Assembly: GCA_964016885.1 (NCBI GenBank)
Contig: OZ024740.1
Location: forward strand, 321,842,001-321,906,000
Direction: 5' to 3'
Source of the DNA: Eledone cirrhosa
Lineage: Eukaryota
DNA length: 64,000 nucleotides
Of the stretch, positions 12,645-25,713 are shown piece by piece. Numbering within the stretch: position 1 is the first letter of the stretch; each line of letters starts with the position of its first letter. The notes under the pieces were generated by a model. The model was not told the DNA's origin. It was given only the letters and a program-made list of their open reading frames with translations, and searched no databases. Made by a program: the position numbers and the translations under genes.

Positions 12645-13155
12645 TTGTCCAATGGAAAAGTAGATAACGGTACAGCTTAGCACCAGAGTCGTCGCAACTA
12701 ATATATACACTTTATACATTATACATACATTGTATATGATATTATCCAAGGCAGAAACAAAAGCTAATACAAGTTGGCACCAGAGTCCTCGTAACTTATA
12801 CATACACTATATATACACTATATATTCAATATATATTCACTATCTATTCAGTATAGATACACTATATATTCACTATATATAGTGTATATACAGTAGATAT
12901 ACAGTATATATGCACTATATATATATACAGTATATATACAATATATATACAATATATATACTATATATGCCGTGTATATATATACAGTATATATTCATTA
13001 TATATGATGTTGTCTAAGCCAAAACAAAAGCCGATGTAAGTTGGCACCAGAGTCATCGTAACGTATACACATACTATATATACACTATATACACACACAC
13101 ATATATGTATACAGTATATATTCATTGTCCAAGGGAAAGGCAAATAGCGATGCAG
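12645..13155 (-). repeat. Diverged inverted relics of the 77-bp satellite with internal microsatellite expansion
   Basis: ACAGCTTAGCACCAGAGTCGTCGCAACTAATATATACACT, GATGTTGTCTAAG and TTGTCCAAGGGAAAGGCAA match the reverse complement of the monomer. Confidence 0.7.
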
Positions 13156-14782
13156 ATCAGAATCATCGAAACTAATTTATTACAGTTTAGGGGAGTGGGA
13201 ACAACATGAAATAAAGTGGCTTGGTCAAAATCACTGGTTCAGGTATCGAACTCACGACATTAGCCCAACGCCCTAACCCCTAAGCTATGTTCCTTCACAC
13301 ATATACTTACACCCACTCCACACACATTCACACATATATACACACAGATCACATACAATAGGTATTTATTCAATGCCCCTCTGTTTACTCAAGTGAATCA
13401 CCTTTCGGAATGTGTGAGTCACGTGACAATAGTTGTTCCATCGTTGGTCAATGAAGCATTAGAATGTAGAGCCACGTGTGTCCAACAGCAACAGCAGGAA
13501 AAAGGAGATTACTTAGCAGTGGGAGCGATGGTGGAGGGGCGGTAGGATACAGCCCCTCCATATTCTCTAGCGGATCTTTTATTAAGGTTAACAATGGAAC
13601 CCTTTATATGAAACATTGATCTGAAATATAGTTTCCTTGTCCCCTTCCCCAACAAAAAAAAAAAACCACTCAGACCCTAATCCTCAAAATACAGCAATTA
13701 CCATTGTATGCCAGATTAAACATTTCATACCCAATATTCCAAAATATTTCTTTATAGAGAGAACCGATCGTCAGATCAGATCAAGGAAACAATGTTTCCA
13801 TTGATCTTCCCATTATTGATACTATCTGCTGGTTGAAACTCCCGGAAGATAGAAGGAACTGATCGTCAGATCGGAGCAAAGAAGCAATGTTTCTATTGAT
13901 CTTTCCATTGCTAAATCTATCTGGATCGTAACACATGACATAAAGGGCAACGTGAAATTAAGTACACACGCTCCGCCTGGTCTAGGAATTGAATTTAAGA
14001 ACACACGCTCCACCTGGTCCAGGAATTGAATTCACGACATTGTGATCAAGGATCCAACGCCAAAACCATTTAGCTACGCGCCTAATACATAGAATAGGAA
14101 GTTCTATAGACAGATTATTGTCTTCCAAACTATGATATAATCCTTCTGTGAAGCTGGATGAAAATTGTGATCCTTACAGTTGAAATTAACCCTAATTTGG
14201 GCTCAAACGTAGCCATATTGTTAACAAACCTTATCCCAAACTTATCCTGGTTTCATAGAGCATTAAGCAACTATAAGAACAACTTCATCGCAGATTTAAC
14301 TCTTAAATATTGTTGGTACATATTTTGTTTTTCAACTGAAAAGACTGAAATAAAATGTTTTATACAAGGACATACTAGTTCATGAAACGAACCAACGTCT
14401 TTGCGAGTCCAATACCCTAACCACTAGGCCACACGTCACCCACAATCTGCAAAACATAAAGCCAGAGAAAAGTCACACATTTATCAATGACACAGAAACA
14501 GTCAGCCATGGCCGGTGTTTTGTTCTGGGAAGAAGTTGCTTAGTACTGAAGACATCACAGACGGTAGTAATATCTGCTGATAAGAATCTTTCTCTCTCTC
14601 TTATTTTCTTTCTCTCTCTCTCTCTCTGTTTCACTCTCCCTCTTTCACTCTCGTGTATATGACGTGTGCGTGTGTGTGTGTATGGGGGCGTAAATGTATG
14701 TATGCACGTGTATATATATACATATATATATACACATATATAAGGTGTGCTTGTGTGTATGGGGGCGTATATGAATGTATGC

Positions 14783-14885
<103 letters not shown>

Positions 14886-14954
14886 ATATCTCTGTCATAT
14901 ACATATATTCTATTAGTGAATCTGTCGGTTTGTCTTTCCTGTTTAATAAATGTC

Positions 14955-15720
14955 AAGGTTATAAACTTGACTCAGAAACGTTACAGCTGCAGCCAACCAC
15001 GTGTAAAGGGAACAGGATCTATCTCACATATCTTGGAGGGGAAGTGGCGGCTAGCATCACATACCCCTCCTTCAGACCAATCCAATATATAAACTTGGTT
15101 CGGTGATGTGACATCTGCAGCCAACCACGTGTAAAGGGAACAGGGTCTATCTCACATGTCTTGGAGGGGAAGTGGCGGCTAGCATCACATACCCTTCTTT
15201 CAGACCAATCCGATATATAAACTTGGTTCGGTGACAGTTAGATTTAATGGGGAGCAAACTTCGACGGCCGTAGCAATTTATTTGTTCTCAGCTGGGCTTT
15301 TTAGTTTTAGGATGGTTAGAATTTTTGAATTTAATACCTGTATGTATAACTTTTCAATCCCAATTACTTGCGCCAAGATAACTTTGATATGTAAAATTGA
15401 GGGAAGGAGGTGCTGTGTATTCTAATTATTTGTGTATGAGGGCCCCATCCCAAACCTGAAGTGCACCGGTCTCCTCAAAGTCTAAATCCAACTCTGTTCG
15501 GTGATGTTACATTTACAGCTAATCCCATATAAGGTGAGACTGCATCTATCTACTGATATTGGAGGGGAAGTGGAGGTCTTCAAACTTATCTAATAAATAA
15601 CCTTGGCTCATTGACTTCGGCAGCCATTCACATGTGGTGAACAGCGCTTATCTTATAGGTCTAGGAGAGGACGTGAAAGTCTTTAACATGGCCCCTTCCT
15701 TCAGACAAATCCAAAATAAA
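14955..15720. repeat. ~128-bp tandem repeat (two near-identical plus diverged copies) interrupted by a MITE
   Basis: CTGCAGCCAACCACGTGTAAAGGGAACAGG at 14987 and 15115; diverged copies at 15505-15715. Confidence 0.85.
15235..15496. mobile_element. hAT-type MITE with 8-bp TSD TTCGGTGA
   Basis: TTCGGTGA at 15227-15234 and 15497-15504; ends CAGTTAGATTTA / TAAATCCAACTCTG. Confidence 0.8.
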
Positions 15721-16502
15721 AACAGAACAGATTAAATAATAAATATTTATGGAGAACATAGCGTATATTAGAAGATTTGAGGTGAATTAAATGTAAATAT
15801 GTCGAGAGTTTTTGAGTGAGAAAGAAAAGAAAAGGAAAGCAGTCGATCCTTAGATCGGACTAAAGAAATAATGTTTCCCTTGGAAATCCCATTACTGATA
15901 CTATCTGACAGCTGCAACGTCTGGCAGAAGAAGGCAGCATTTGAACTCAGAAGGTACAGAGCAGGATCAGATACCGGGAAGCATTACGCTTGACCCATTA
16001 ACAATTTCGTCAATTCACTGCCTCTAGACAGTTACTATATTTTTCGACCCCTAAAGGATGAAAGGAAAAGTTGACTTCGACAGGATTTGAACATAAGAGA
16101 ACAGTAAGTTGGACCAAATAGTGAAGCATTTAATACGATTCTCTAACGAGTCTGCGCTGCAAATTCATCTTCTATGTTCATTTTACATGTTAAACCCATG
16201 TTAGCATTGTCGTGTTAACAAATACCATTTTATCTATCGTTTTACATTTTGATGCCACATAAAAAAAGACAGAAAAAGCCTGACATTTGTGGCTAGAAAA
16301 CTCACTGATATTAGTTCTAACATATTCCAACAATTGCTGTGACACAAATGACATTTTAACATCGTATTGCAATGCCTTGGTTTTGCTCAATTAAATACTT
16401 CACAACTACTCAATGCTGTTCTTGCTGTACTGAAAGTGTTGAATGAATAAAATGATATGGTACTTGAAACTATATCATCCTATACCATACTACCATACAT
16501 CC

Positions 16503-16590
<88 letters not shown>

Positions 16591-16623
16591 ATGTGTGTGT
16601 GCGTGTGTGTGTATATACATATA

Positions 16624-16886
16624 TAGTTATGTAATAAACAACATAAGATAATTATTTAATTTACCAAAGGTTTCACGAAGACAGACGAGCTTGGCACAGA
16701 CGTCTGCCTTCAATCATCAGAATGAATTTTATTTTTATATTAGTAAAATAAAATTCATCTGTCTTCGTGAAACCTTTGGTAAATGAAATAATTATCTTAT
16801 ATTGTTTATTACATAACTAAAAAAGCTCTGTAGCCTACATAGAGCACTCTCATTTCCTTTACCTTTCCTACGGAAATACTTTATTA
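16624..16886. mobile_element. Miniature foldback PLE relic (inverted arms 16624-16685 / 16758-16819 plus tail)
   Basis: ~62-bp near-perfect inverted repeat and ~65-bp tail, with microsatellites on both sides. Confidence 0.8.
16655..16726 (-). ncRNA. Hammerhead ribozyme (type I, PLE-associated)
   Basis: Minus strand: TTCATT-CTGATGA-TTGAAGGCAGACG[loop]CGTCTGTCTTCGT-GAAA-CC TTT GG-TA-AATT; 12-bp stem II, short stem III, GUA cleavage triplet. Confidence 0.75.
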
Positions 16887-16917
16887 TATATATATATATA
16901 TATATAGATAGAGAGAG

Positions 16918-16985
<68 letters not shown>

Positions 16986-18747
16986 GAGAGTTTTATGTAG
17001 AAGTGTACACAAAACGTTCAAACATTAACTGAATGAGTGAGCACTCCATAGATGTGAGCAAAGTGTACATTTTAAGAGACTAGAGAGGCACCAACGCCGA
17101 AACTTCGAAGTCACTGCCACCTCTTTCTTTAGACCCCCCCCCCCATATATATATATATTGCTAAGGAAGTGAATAACATTTTGAACCATATTACAAATAT
17201 AGTACAATGCAAAAACTAAAGCTAAACACAAGTGGTGATATAAAGGGAGAATTACGGTGCTAAATATAATATAATATAATATAATATAATATAATATAAT
17301 ATAATATAATATGATATAATATAATTGATAATGATATTAAAAGGCCCAGTAAACATACATATACATATGTAGACATATACATATACATATATATATCAAT
17401 ACACATATCCATCTATACAAACCCAAACCAACACCTATTAAGAGTTTAAATAAAAATAAAAATAAAAATAAAAATAAAAATAAAAATAAAAATAAAAATA
17501 AAAATAATACATATATTATTTACAGTATAAAATGATAAAGAAATGAGTAAAAATAAACATATAAAATATAATATACTATATAAATATATAATTAATAATC
17601 TCCGGTCAATTTGCACAAACAGTATAAATATTACAATAACACTATAATAACAATATTATAATATATTGGCATATAACATAACAAATCATATAAAGTTACA
17701 CACAGGGGGTGAGAAAAAAAAATATCATACAGAACTAAATTGTGTTGAAAAGATTGTGCTGGAAAAATATCTATACCGTTGTAAGAAAACAGACGGAGGT
17801 CAAGTTTTTATACAATTGGTATAAATAAGTATTATCTAAACATTACAAAAATTATAAAAATATAAACATATTACAGAATTTACAAAATTTAACATAATGG
17901 TACATCAATATCAAATAATGAACATAGTATAATATACATAATTACATGGTTGGTAGACAGACATATGTGAATAAGTGAATAAGAACCAGACAGAAAACTA
18001 CGCACAGTAGTAAAAAAATATAAATATAAATAAAATCAAATCAACCGGAAATCGAAAAACAAAAACAAAAATATTTACTTAGGTGTCACAAGCAGTTAAG
18101 TAAAAAAATTTAGGAAACAAACCCGGATAAATGACTAGAAAACTCTATTAAATTAATTAATATTGCAAGTATTTAAAATATATAATAAGTCAATACAAAA
18201 TTAGCTATGGTTTAAGTAATCAAAATCTCCAAAGTTTAAGATATCTCAATAAGAACATCCAGAATAGAATGAAATACTTTACTATCAGTTGAATAACGTT
18301 ATCTAATAAACAGACTTTAAATAGAACTATGGTAGGCCAATGGGGACAGAAATAAGAAATGTATGAAGGGTGCGAAGGAGCATAAAATCATAATCAATAT
18401 ACTGTATTATACAATAGAAAAGGGGCATAAAAGGGAATTGAATATAATTATAGTATAATTGAAGGGGCGAATGACAAGTGTGTGGGTGGGGGTGTGGTGG
18501 GGTGGGTGGGAGGGGGTTAATTATCTAAATGAGAATCCAAATAAAATAAAATAAAATATATAATCAGATATAAACTCATAAGGTGTTAATAGTGAAAATA
18601 TAATATTTAAGAAGAAAGATATGGTATGGTAGCCAAAAGACTATGAAAGCTAGATCGAAAAGCTGTTAAAAACCAATAAAAATAATAATGATAATGATGG
18701 AGGTAAACAAAATGAACCTAAACAAAAAAGATAAGGGAATATAGCAG

Positions 18748-19551
18748 CTAATGGATACAATTTACACTACCAGAACTTTTAGGTTTATAATAAAAGTAAG
18801 AATTAGAAATGGCGTGGGGGCAAGAAGAGAATATCTCAGACTTTCTATTAAGTAAGAGTTCCCTAGAGAAAATTATAGAGTGGGTCTCAAGGATACAGAT
18901 ATTACAGAATTTGGTGTGTGTTGATAGGTTATTAGAGCGTGCTACTATTCGCCAATTAAGGCTATATGGTATATTAGCCCCCTTAAGATCCCAGATATGG
19001 TGTGCTAAAGAAGTAGAATTCTTAAACTTAACATGTTTAAAATTAGAGATATGAGAATGAAACCTAGTCTTAAAAGTGTTAGATGTTGAGCCTATATATG
19101 TGCTATTAGAGGAATTAGTTTTAACTACACAAACATAAACGATGTTCTTAGAGAGGCAGTTACCGTTTAAAGGGCAGTTAACACTCACTCTACAGTTACA
19201 CTTCCGGGTGCTATTAATCGGCTGAAGTAGTGATGCATCCCTCGTAGGGTTACTATGAGATAAGGTCTGCTCAGGTGGTAGGGCATTTATGGATCTATCC
19301 AGACTAGTAGTACACAGAGGGGCGTAGCCATCCCTAATTTTCCCATTGTTAGTGCTAGCTAAATGAGAACTAATATTAGGGGTGGTAGAGAATGATAGTT
19401 TAATTACATTTTTATTAAAAATACCATGGTATTTATTAATAGGAGGGAAATATTTCTCTAAGATAGAAAAGAAAGACCTAGGGATGTTAGTTAATACTTC
19501 CTGATTATATGGCGGGTTAAAATAAGTATTTAGTCTCCTTCTATTTCTATT
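18748..19551 (-). CDS. PLE polyprotein C-terminus: RT thumb, Cys-rich linker and GIY-YIG endonuclease (5'-truncated, no start codon)
   Basis: Hand translation shows the frame is open upstream of the tracked ORF: YFNPPYNQEVLTNI...KYFP...IFNKNVIKLSFS...CNCRVSVNCPLNGNC..NIVY...YIGST..FKTRFHSH...CNIC..E...LLNRKSE...CPH. Confidence 0.88.
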   Translation of the reverse strand, partial: NRNRRRLNTYFNPPYNQEVLTNIPRSFFSILEKYFPPINKYHGIFNKNVIKLSFSTTPNISSHLASTNNGKIRDGYAPLCTTSLDRSINALPPEQTLSHSNPTRDASLLQPINSTRKCNCRVSVNCPLNGNCLSKNIVYVCVVKTNSSNSTYIGSTSNTFKTRFHSHISNFKHVKFKNSTSLAHHIWDLKGANIPYSLNWRIVARSNNLSTHTKFCNICILETHSIIFSRELLLNRKSEIFSSCPHAISNSYFYYKPKSSGSVNCIH

Positions 19552-20331
19552 CTATTTCTATCTTATTTATACCAATTGTATAAAAACTTGACCTCCGTCT
19601 GTTTTCTTACAACGGTATAGATATTTTTCCAGCACAATCTTTTCAACACAATTTAGTTCTGTATGATATTTTTTTTTCTCACCCCCTGTGTGTAACTTTA
19701 TATGATTTGTTATGTTATATGCCAATATATTATAATATTGTTATTATAGTGTTATTGTAATATTTATACTGTTTGTGCAAATTGACCGGAGATTATTAAT
19801 TATATATTTATATAGTATATTATATTTTATATGTTTATTTTTACTCATTTCTTTATCATTTTATACTGTAAATAATATATGTATTATTTTTATTTTTATT
19901 TTTATTTTTATTTTTATTTTTATTTTTATTTTTATTTATATTTAAACTCTTAATAGGTGTTGGTTTGGGTTTGTATAGATGGATATGTGTATTGATATAT
20001 ATATGTATATGTATATGTCTACATATGTATATGTATATGTATGTTTATTGGGCCTTTTAATATTATTATTATTATCATTATCAATTATATTATATTATAT
20101 TATATTATATTTAGCACCGTAATTCTCCCTTTATATCACCACTTGTGTTTAGCTTTAGTTTTTGCATTGTACTATATTTGTAATATGGTTCAAAATGTTA
20201 TTCACTTCCTTAGTAATTTTTACTTGATAATTTTTACTCGATAATTTTCCTATGCTTTAATGTATGTATACTCCATATTTTTCTGAGTTTTTGGCTTGTA
20301 TTGGCCGATAGTGCTTCTTATAGCTTTACTT

Positions 20332-20369
20332 GCCCTGATGAGTCCTTAATAGAACGAAACATTGTTGGC
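20332..20369 (+). ncRNA. Minimal hammerhead ribozyme in PLE pLTR
   Basis: GCC-CTGATGA-GTCC TTAATA GAAC-GAAA-C ATT G-TT-GGC followed by AATAAA; one stem II mismatch. Confidence 0.7.
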
Positions 20370-20515
20370 TAATAAAGACTTTTGATGTATTGAAGGCTTC
20401 TTTGGTTTATTTCTTAATTCTTCGGCTCTGCTTAATTACATTGAGCTATACCTTTACTGTCATTTCTATAATATGAAGAGGGTGTTTAACTCCAACACAC
20501 TCTAGTATTTTAATT

Positions 20516-20560
<45 letters not shown>

Positions 20561-20563
<3 letters not shown>

Positions 20564-20743
20564 AACGAGTAGGACCCCGACGGCTGAGCTCAAGCCGTTT
20601 CGACGGCTAATTCTGGACTACACGAAACGGCTTGAGCTCAGCCGTCGGGGGTCCTACTCGTTCCTATTACCCACTCTACTACCCTAAGTATTGAGTACTT
20701 TGGTGCGTTATGGTCCATCTGGTCCCTTACCACATTTCCTTTG

Positions 20744-20746
<3 letters not shown>
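20561..20746 (+). mobile_element. Miniature foldback PLE-like relic (42-bp arms + ~80-bp tail) in (TA)n
   Basis: Arms 20561-20602 and 20623-20665; each arm carries GAAA-CGGC[TTGAGCTCA]GCCG-TC, a hammerhead stem III and cleavage site. Confidence 0.8.
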
Positions 20747-20809
<63 letters not shown>

Positions 20810-20813
<4 letters not shown>

Positions 20814-21058
20814 TAAGGTCAAAAATGAAAAACAAACACAGAGAACAATTACAAAGGTTAACGCTTGTATGGAAGGGAAAACTAAGTGCTTTCAAAGTTT
20901 CAGACGTTAGTCTTTTATCAGGAAATAAACGAGAATGAAGGAGGACTAAGAGATCGAAGGATGAAGTGGACAGGAGTGTAGGGATGTAGAGAGAACGGGA
21001 TAAAATTAGCGGAGTGTGGGTTGGATGCAGAAAGGGGAAGGGTTGGCAAGAAAATATA
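20810..21058 (-). mobile_element. Probable PLE 3' end with degenerate hammerhead
   Basis: Minus strand CTGATAA-AAGAC TAAC GTCT-GAAA-CTTTGAAAG; pyrimidine-rich UTR; ends in (TA)n; tail motif AAGCGTTAACCT also at ~30978. Confidence 0.45.
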
Positions 21059-21077
21059 TATCGGCTGAAAAGCTCAT

Positions 21078-21510
21078 TGGCTGACCAAGATGCCCTCATG
21101 GAATGACCAAATGAGATTTATTTTTCAACATAGTCCCTGAAAAGAAACAATGTGATTATTAATAAGAAGAGTTTAAATTAATGCAAGTAAGATTTCACAG
21201 CTCTAGCATCACTCCTTCATAGGTTGACCAAGATACTCTTGTAGAATGACCAAAGGAGTTTATTTTTTTTACCATAGTCCCTAGAAAGAAATAATGCAGT
21301 CATTAATAAGAAGAGTTGAAATTAACGCACGCAAGATTTCACAGCTCTAGCATCACTCCTTCATAGGCTGACCAAGATTCTCTCATGGAATGACTAAATG
21401 AGATTTATTTTTCAATATAGTCCCTGGAAAGAAACAATGTGGTTAATAATAAGAAGAGTTGAAATTAAGGCATACAAGATTTCACAGCTCTAGCATCATT
21501 CCTGCATAGT
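21078..21510. repeat. ~144-bp tandem repeat, 3 copies
   Basis: TGACCAAGAT...AAGATTTCACAGCTCTAGCATCA recurs at ~21081, 21225 and 21368. Confidence 0.9.
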
Positions 21511-21734
21511 CAGCCTCCCTATGAACTTTCCAGCCGTCCCTCGTATGAGTATTTCATATATATATAAGTATATACACAAATATATGTATTACACATTTTT
21601 CCTACTGATTCTGTCCCCAATTTTGAAGTGAAGATCACATAACATATCTAACATGTATGTAAAACACATAAAATAGATATTCTAAGACTGGAATTGAACC
21701 ATCAGCACAGTTGAGGTATGTCAGACATCAATTT

Positions 21735-21945
21735 ATTTTATATGATGAGGACGTACTGATGAAATAGCACAGTACCTCTGAAATATGTATAATAAAATAT
21801 ATTTGATCACATGAATGTCTATATTTATTAATATTTTGAAGTAATATTAATAACTCCAGAAAACTTCACTGTTGAGTGCTTCTAATCTATTGTAAAACTT
21901 TATTCATTGATTAATCAATGAACCTTGTTAAATTTTTGGTCATAT
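21735..21945 (+). mobile_element. Probable PLE 3' end with hammerhead-like motif
   Basis: TGATGA-GGACGTACTG...CAGTACCTCT-GAAA-TATGTA-TAATAAA, then an AT-rich tail to (TA)n. Confidence 0.45.
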
Positions 21946-22226
21946 TATATATATATATATATATATCAGGGGCGGTGGAACTAGCCCCCCCCCCCCCCCC
22001 CCCCACACACACACACCTCATCCCCAATAATTATAATTTCTACCCAAACTACCAAAACACACATCTATTTGTATATACTCTACAATTTATGTACATGTTA
22101 TGTTTATAGCATACCGAAGTTTTTTTATATCTTGGTTGATATTTGATAATAATAACTAAACTAATCACTACAACTAAATTGAACAAATTTGCCCCTCGCC
22201 CCATTCAGAAATGCTTCCACCGCCGT

Positions 22227-22329
<103 letters not shown>

Positions 22330-22482
22330 CATAAATAACATACAGTACAAATAACATATAGTAAAATTTCACATTCTTGATGCATTTATGATAAACTCCT
22401 CAGTTATTTAGTTTTATCAACTAGACAGGAGAAGAGGGGGAGAAGAGAGTTAGTTGGAGGTCCTTATATTTTATCATCAGTA

Positions 22483-22697
22483 GGGCGGTGGATTGGCAGT
22501 ATTGGTAAAGCGTCGGACATATTTTGCTATACAGAGTTACCGTCCTTTACATTCTGGGTTCAAACCCCGCTGAGGTTTGCTTTGCCTTTCATCCACACAC
22601 TGTCGATACAATAAAGCACCAGTAATGCACGGGGATCGATTTAATCAACTTTCCCCCACACAAAATTGTTGACTTTGTGCCTAAATCAAAAATTATA
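22483..22697 (+). mobile_element. tRNA-derived SINE family 1, diverged full-length copy
   Basis: A box TGGCAGTATTGG, B box GGTTCAAACCC, body GCCTTTCATCC. Confidence 0.8.
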
Positions 22698-22865
22698 TTT
22701 TATCAACAGAGGATTGAGGAGGGGCGGTCCCTAATATTTCTAATATATATATAATTCATATTGATAAAATATAGGGTAGAGAAGGGCGAGGTGACTATAT
22801 TTTATCAACAGAGGGAAAAGGTGGGGCGGTCCCTATATTTCTAATATACAATATATGCCGCATAC

Positions 22866-23182
22866 TGTGACAGCTACTCAAGTGGCAACCTAGTGCGTTC
22901 GTCTACCAGCCCAGGCTCTGCTACCCGCCAAGTTGAAGAGAGTAAACTGTCTAAGTATCGGCCGATAGGTTTGTGGTGGAGCCTGTAGCAAGGGAGACTT
23001 CCAGCGTCCTTAGCACCCCGGACCGCATCCCTACTCACTGCTATCGGGGCGGAGTTGGCCGCCCGCATGTGCGAATCCGCGAGGTGGAGTGGCTGTTTCA
23101 GCGCGTTTCCCTCGTCGTCCTCCGGAGCCATATATACTCCACCCTGTCGACCGGGACATAGAGGCGGAGGGCAACTTAGTTG
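22866..23182. mobile_element. GC-rich LTR-like fragment, homologous to 58270-58395
   Basis: Begins TGTGACAG; TATATA motif at ~23130; 23047-23127 aligns with 58274-58356. No second terminus seen. Confidence 0.4.
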
Positions 23183-23194
23183 ATGGTGGTGGAT

Positions 23195-23578
23195 CAATGC
23201 CGGATTTAGGACAAATGAGGCCCTGTGCTACCCTTTAGCATTTACATTACTCTTTATATACTATTGCATTTTTGTGGTAAAGGCTTTATCTTACATAATT
23301 ATCTCACATAATTTCAAATCTATGAAATTTTGATGTTATTTATTTTGAGAACAATACCCTAACATCAGTATAAGCAGCTGGTAACAGCCAGTTTGAACAG
23401 GAAGAGGTGAGAGAATTCTGGCCGGATATGGCCGGTTTAAATGCTAAAGGGTTAAGTTATGAGGCTCCCTATTTGGGCCCTGAAGGAGTTAAAAGATTTT
23501 TAGATGGAAGATGGGCCCTCCTGGCCAACTGAGCCCTATGCTTACGCTCACCTAAGCACAATGGTAAATCCAGCACTG
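23195..23578. mobile_element. hAT-like MITE containing a nested piggyBac-like MITE
   Basis: Ends CAATGCCGGATTTA / TAAATCCAGCACTG; TSD is decayed. Confidence 0.6.
23231..23451. mobile_element. piggyBac-type MITE
   Basis: 14-bp TIR CCCTTTAGCATTTA / TAAATGCTAAAGGG followed by TTAA. Confidence 0.85.
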
Positions 23579-23732
23579 TGGAATATACTCGTTTGGACGT
23601 CACTTCTACAACTATATTTATATTTCTACAATTCTAAGACTATGTATACCATGTCAATGTATTTATAAATATATTTTGCTCACTGATTCTCAGACAATTT
23701 CTCTACTGAATTGGATAATTACATGTTACGCT

Positions 23733-24550
<818 letters not shown>

Positions 24551-24784
24551 TTAATGTCGTCGTCATCTTTGTTGTTCTCTGTTCGGTTTAATTGTAACAT
24601 TTCCGGTATTAACGTTGTCTTATCTCTTACAACCCAACCGTGACATCAGCGCTGAACCACTCTAAGTCACCCATCAATATATTTTAATATAATCTCAAAC
24701 AACGATTAAATATGTTTTTAATCTTGGAAATGTCTTTAAATGGAAAAAAAATAATTATAAAGAAAAAAAGATAATTACCTTATT

Positions 24785-24965
24785 GGACCTCCGTCGGTTT
24801 CGACGAGGAGGATTCTAGTTGTTCAATCAACGGAACAGCCAGCTCGTGGGATTAACTTATAAGAGGTAGACTATTGCACAGATACGTGTACTCTTTTACG
24901 TAGTTCTCAGGGAGATTCAGCGTGATACAATATGTGTCAAAGCCGGACCTTTGAAATACAGGTAC
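24785..24965 (-). mobile_element. SINE family 2, 3' fragment
   Basis: CAACGGAACAGCC...CGTAGTTCTCAGGGAGATTCAGCG matches 60980-61100. Confidence 0.7.
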
Positions 24966-25116
24966 AGTTTATCTTTTATAGGAGGTATTATAGTGTAAAT
25001 GGCTGAGAATTCCACAGACACGTGGTACACTACATTCAGGGGGTTTCTAAAGAGATTCCATCTACCGCTCAGAAAGCTCGGATCGGAGAATGAGTATTCA
25101 ATACCGAAGTATAGTT

Positions 25117-25302
25117 TAATAATTGTTTCTACTTTTGGCACAAGGCCAGCAATTATCCCAGTGTATTACTGGTACTTTATTTTATCGACCCCTTGAGGAT
25201 GAAAGGCAAAGTTAACCTCGGCGGGATTTGAACTCAGACCATAAAGGGGCGTAACTCTACGCTACAAAACATGCCGTCCGACCCTCTACCGATACTGCCA
25301 TT
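25117..25302 (-). mobile_element. tRNA-derived SINE family 1, full-length
   Basis: Reverse complement of the 28410 copy, with few differences. Confidence 0.9.
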
Positions 25303-25381
25303 CCAATATCGTTTATTATGGCTAAGTGATGAGTCTTGTTACTCTGGAGTTTCTCTTGTGTACTCACAGTATCATCAAAAA

Positions 25382-25462
<81 letters not shown>

Positions 25463-25647
25463 ATTCACACACACACACACACACACAGATACACACACGC
25501 ATATATATACAGAAGGAGAGGGAGAGAAGCGAGAGGGGGCGGGAAAAGGGAGAGGGAGAGATGGGAGAGGCAGAGAAGGGAGAAGCAGAGAAAAGTGAGA
25601 GAAAGAAAGAGAGAGAAAGTGAGAAAGACAGTGAGTGAGACAGAGAA

Positions 25648-25713
<66 letters not shown>

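Larger units (their letters stand above)
17157..20518 (-). mobile_element. 5'-truncated Penelope-like element with inverted pLTR
   Basis: GIY-YIG ORF on the minus strand; inverted repeats 17157-17829 and 19562-20217; hammerhead plus AATAAA in the extension; (TA)n at both ends. Confidence 0.9.

Noticed and set aside
16190-16440. Possible minus-strand exon (CTTTCAG acceptor, ATG, GTGAGT donor)
   Set aside because: Short peptide with no recognisable homology and no partner exon identified.
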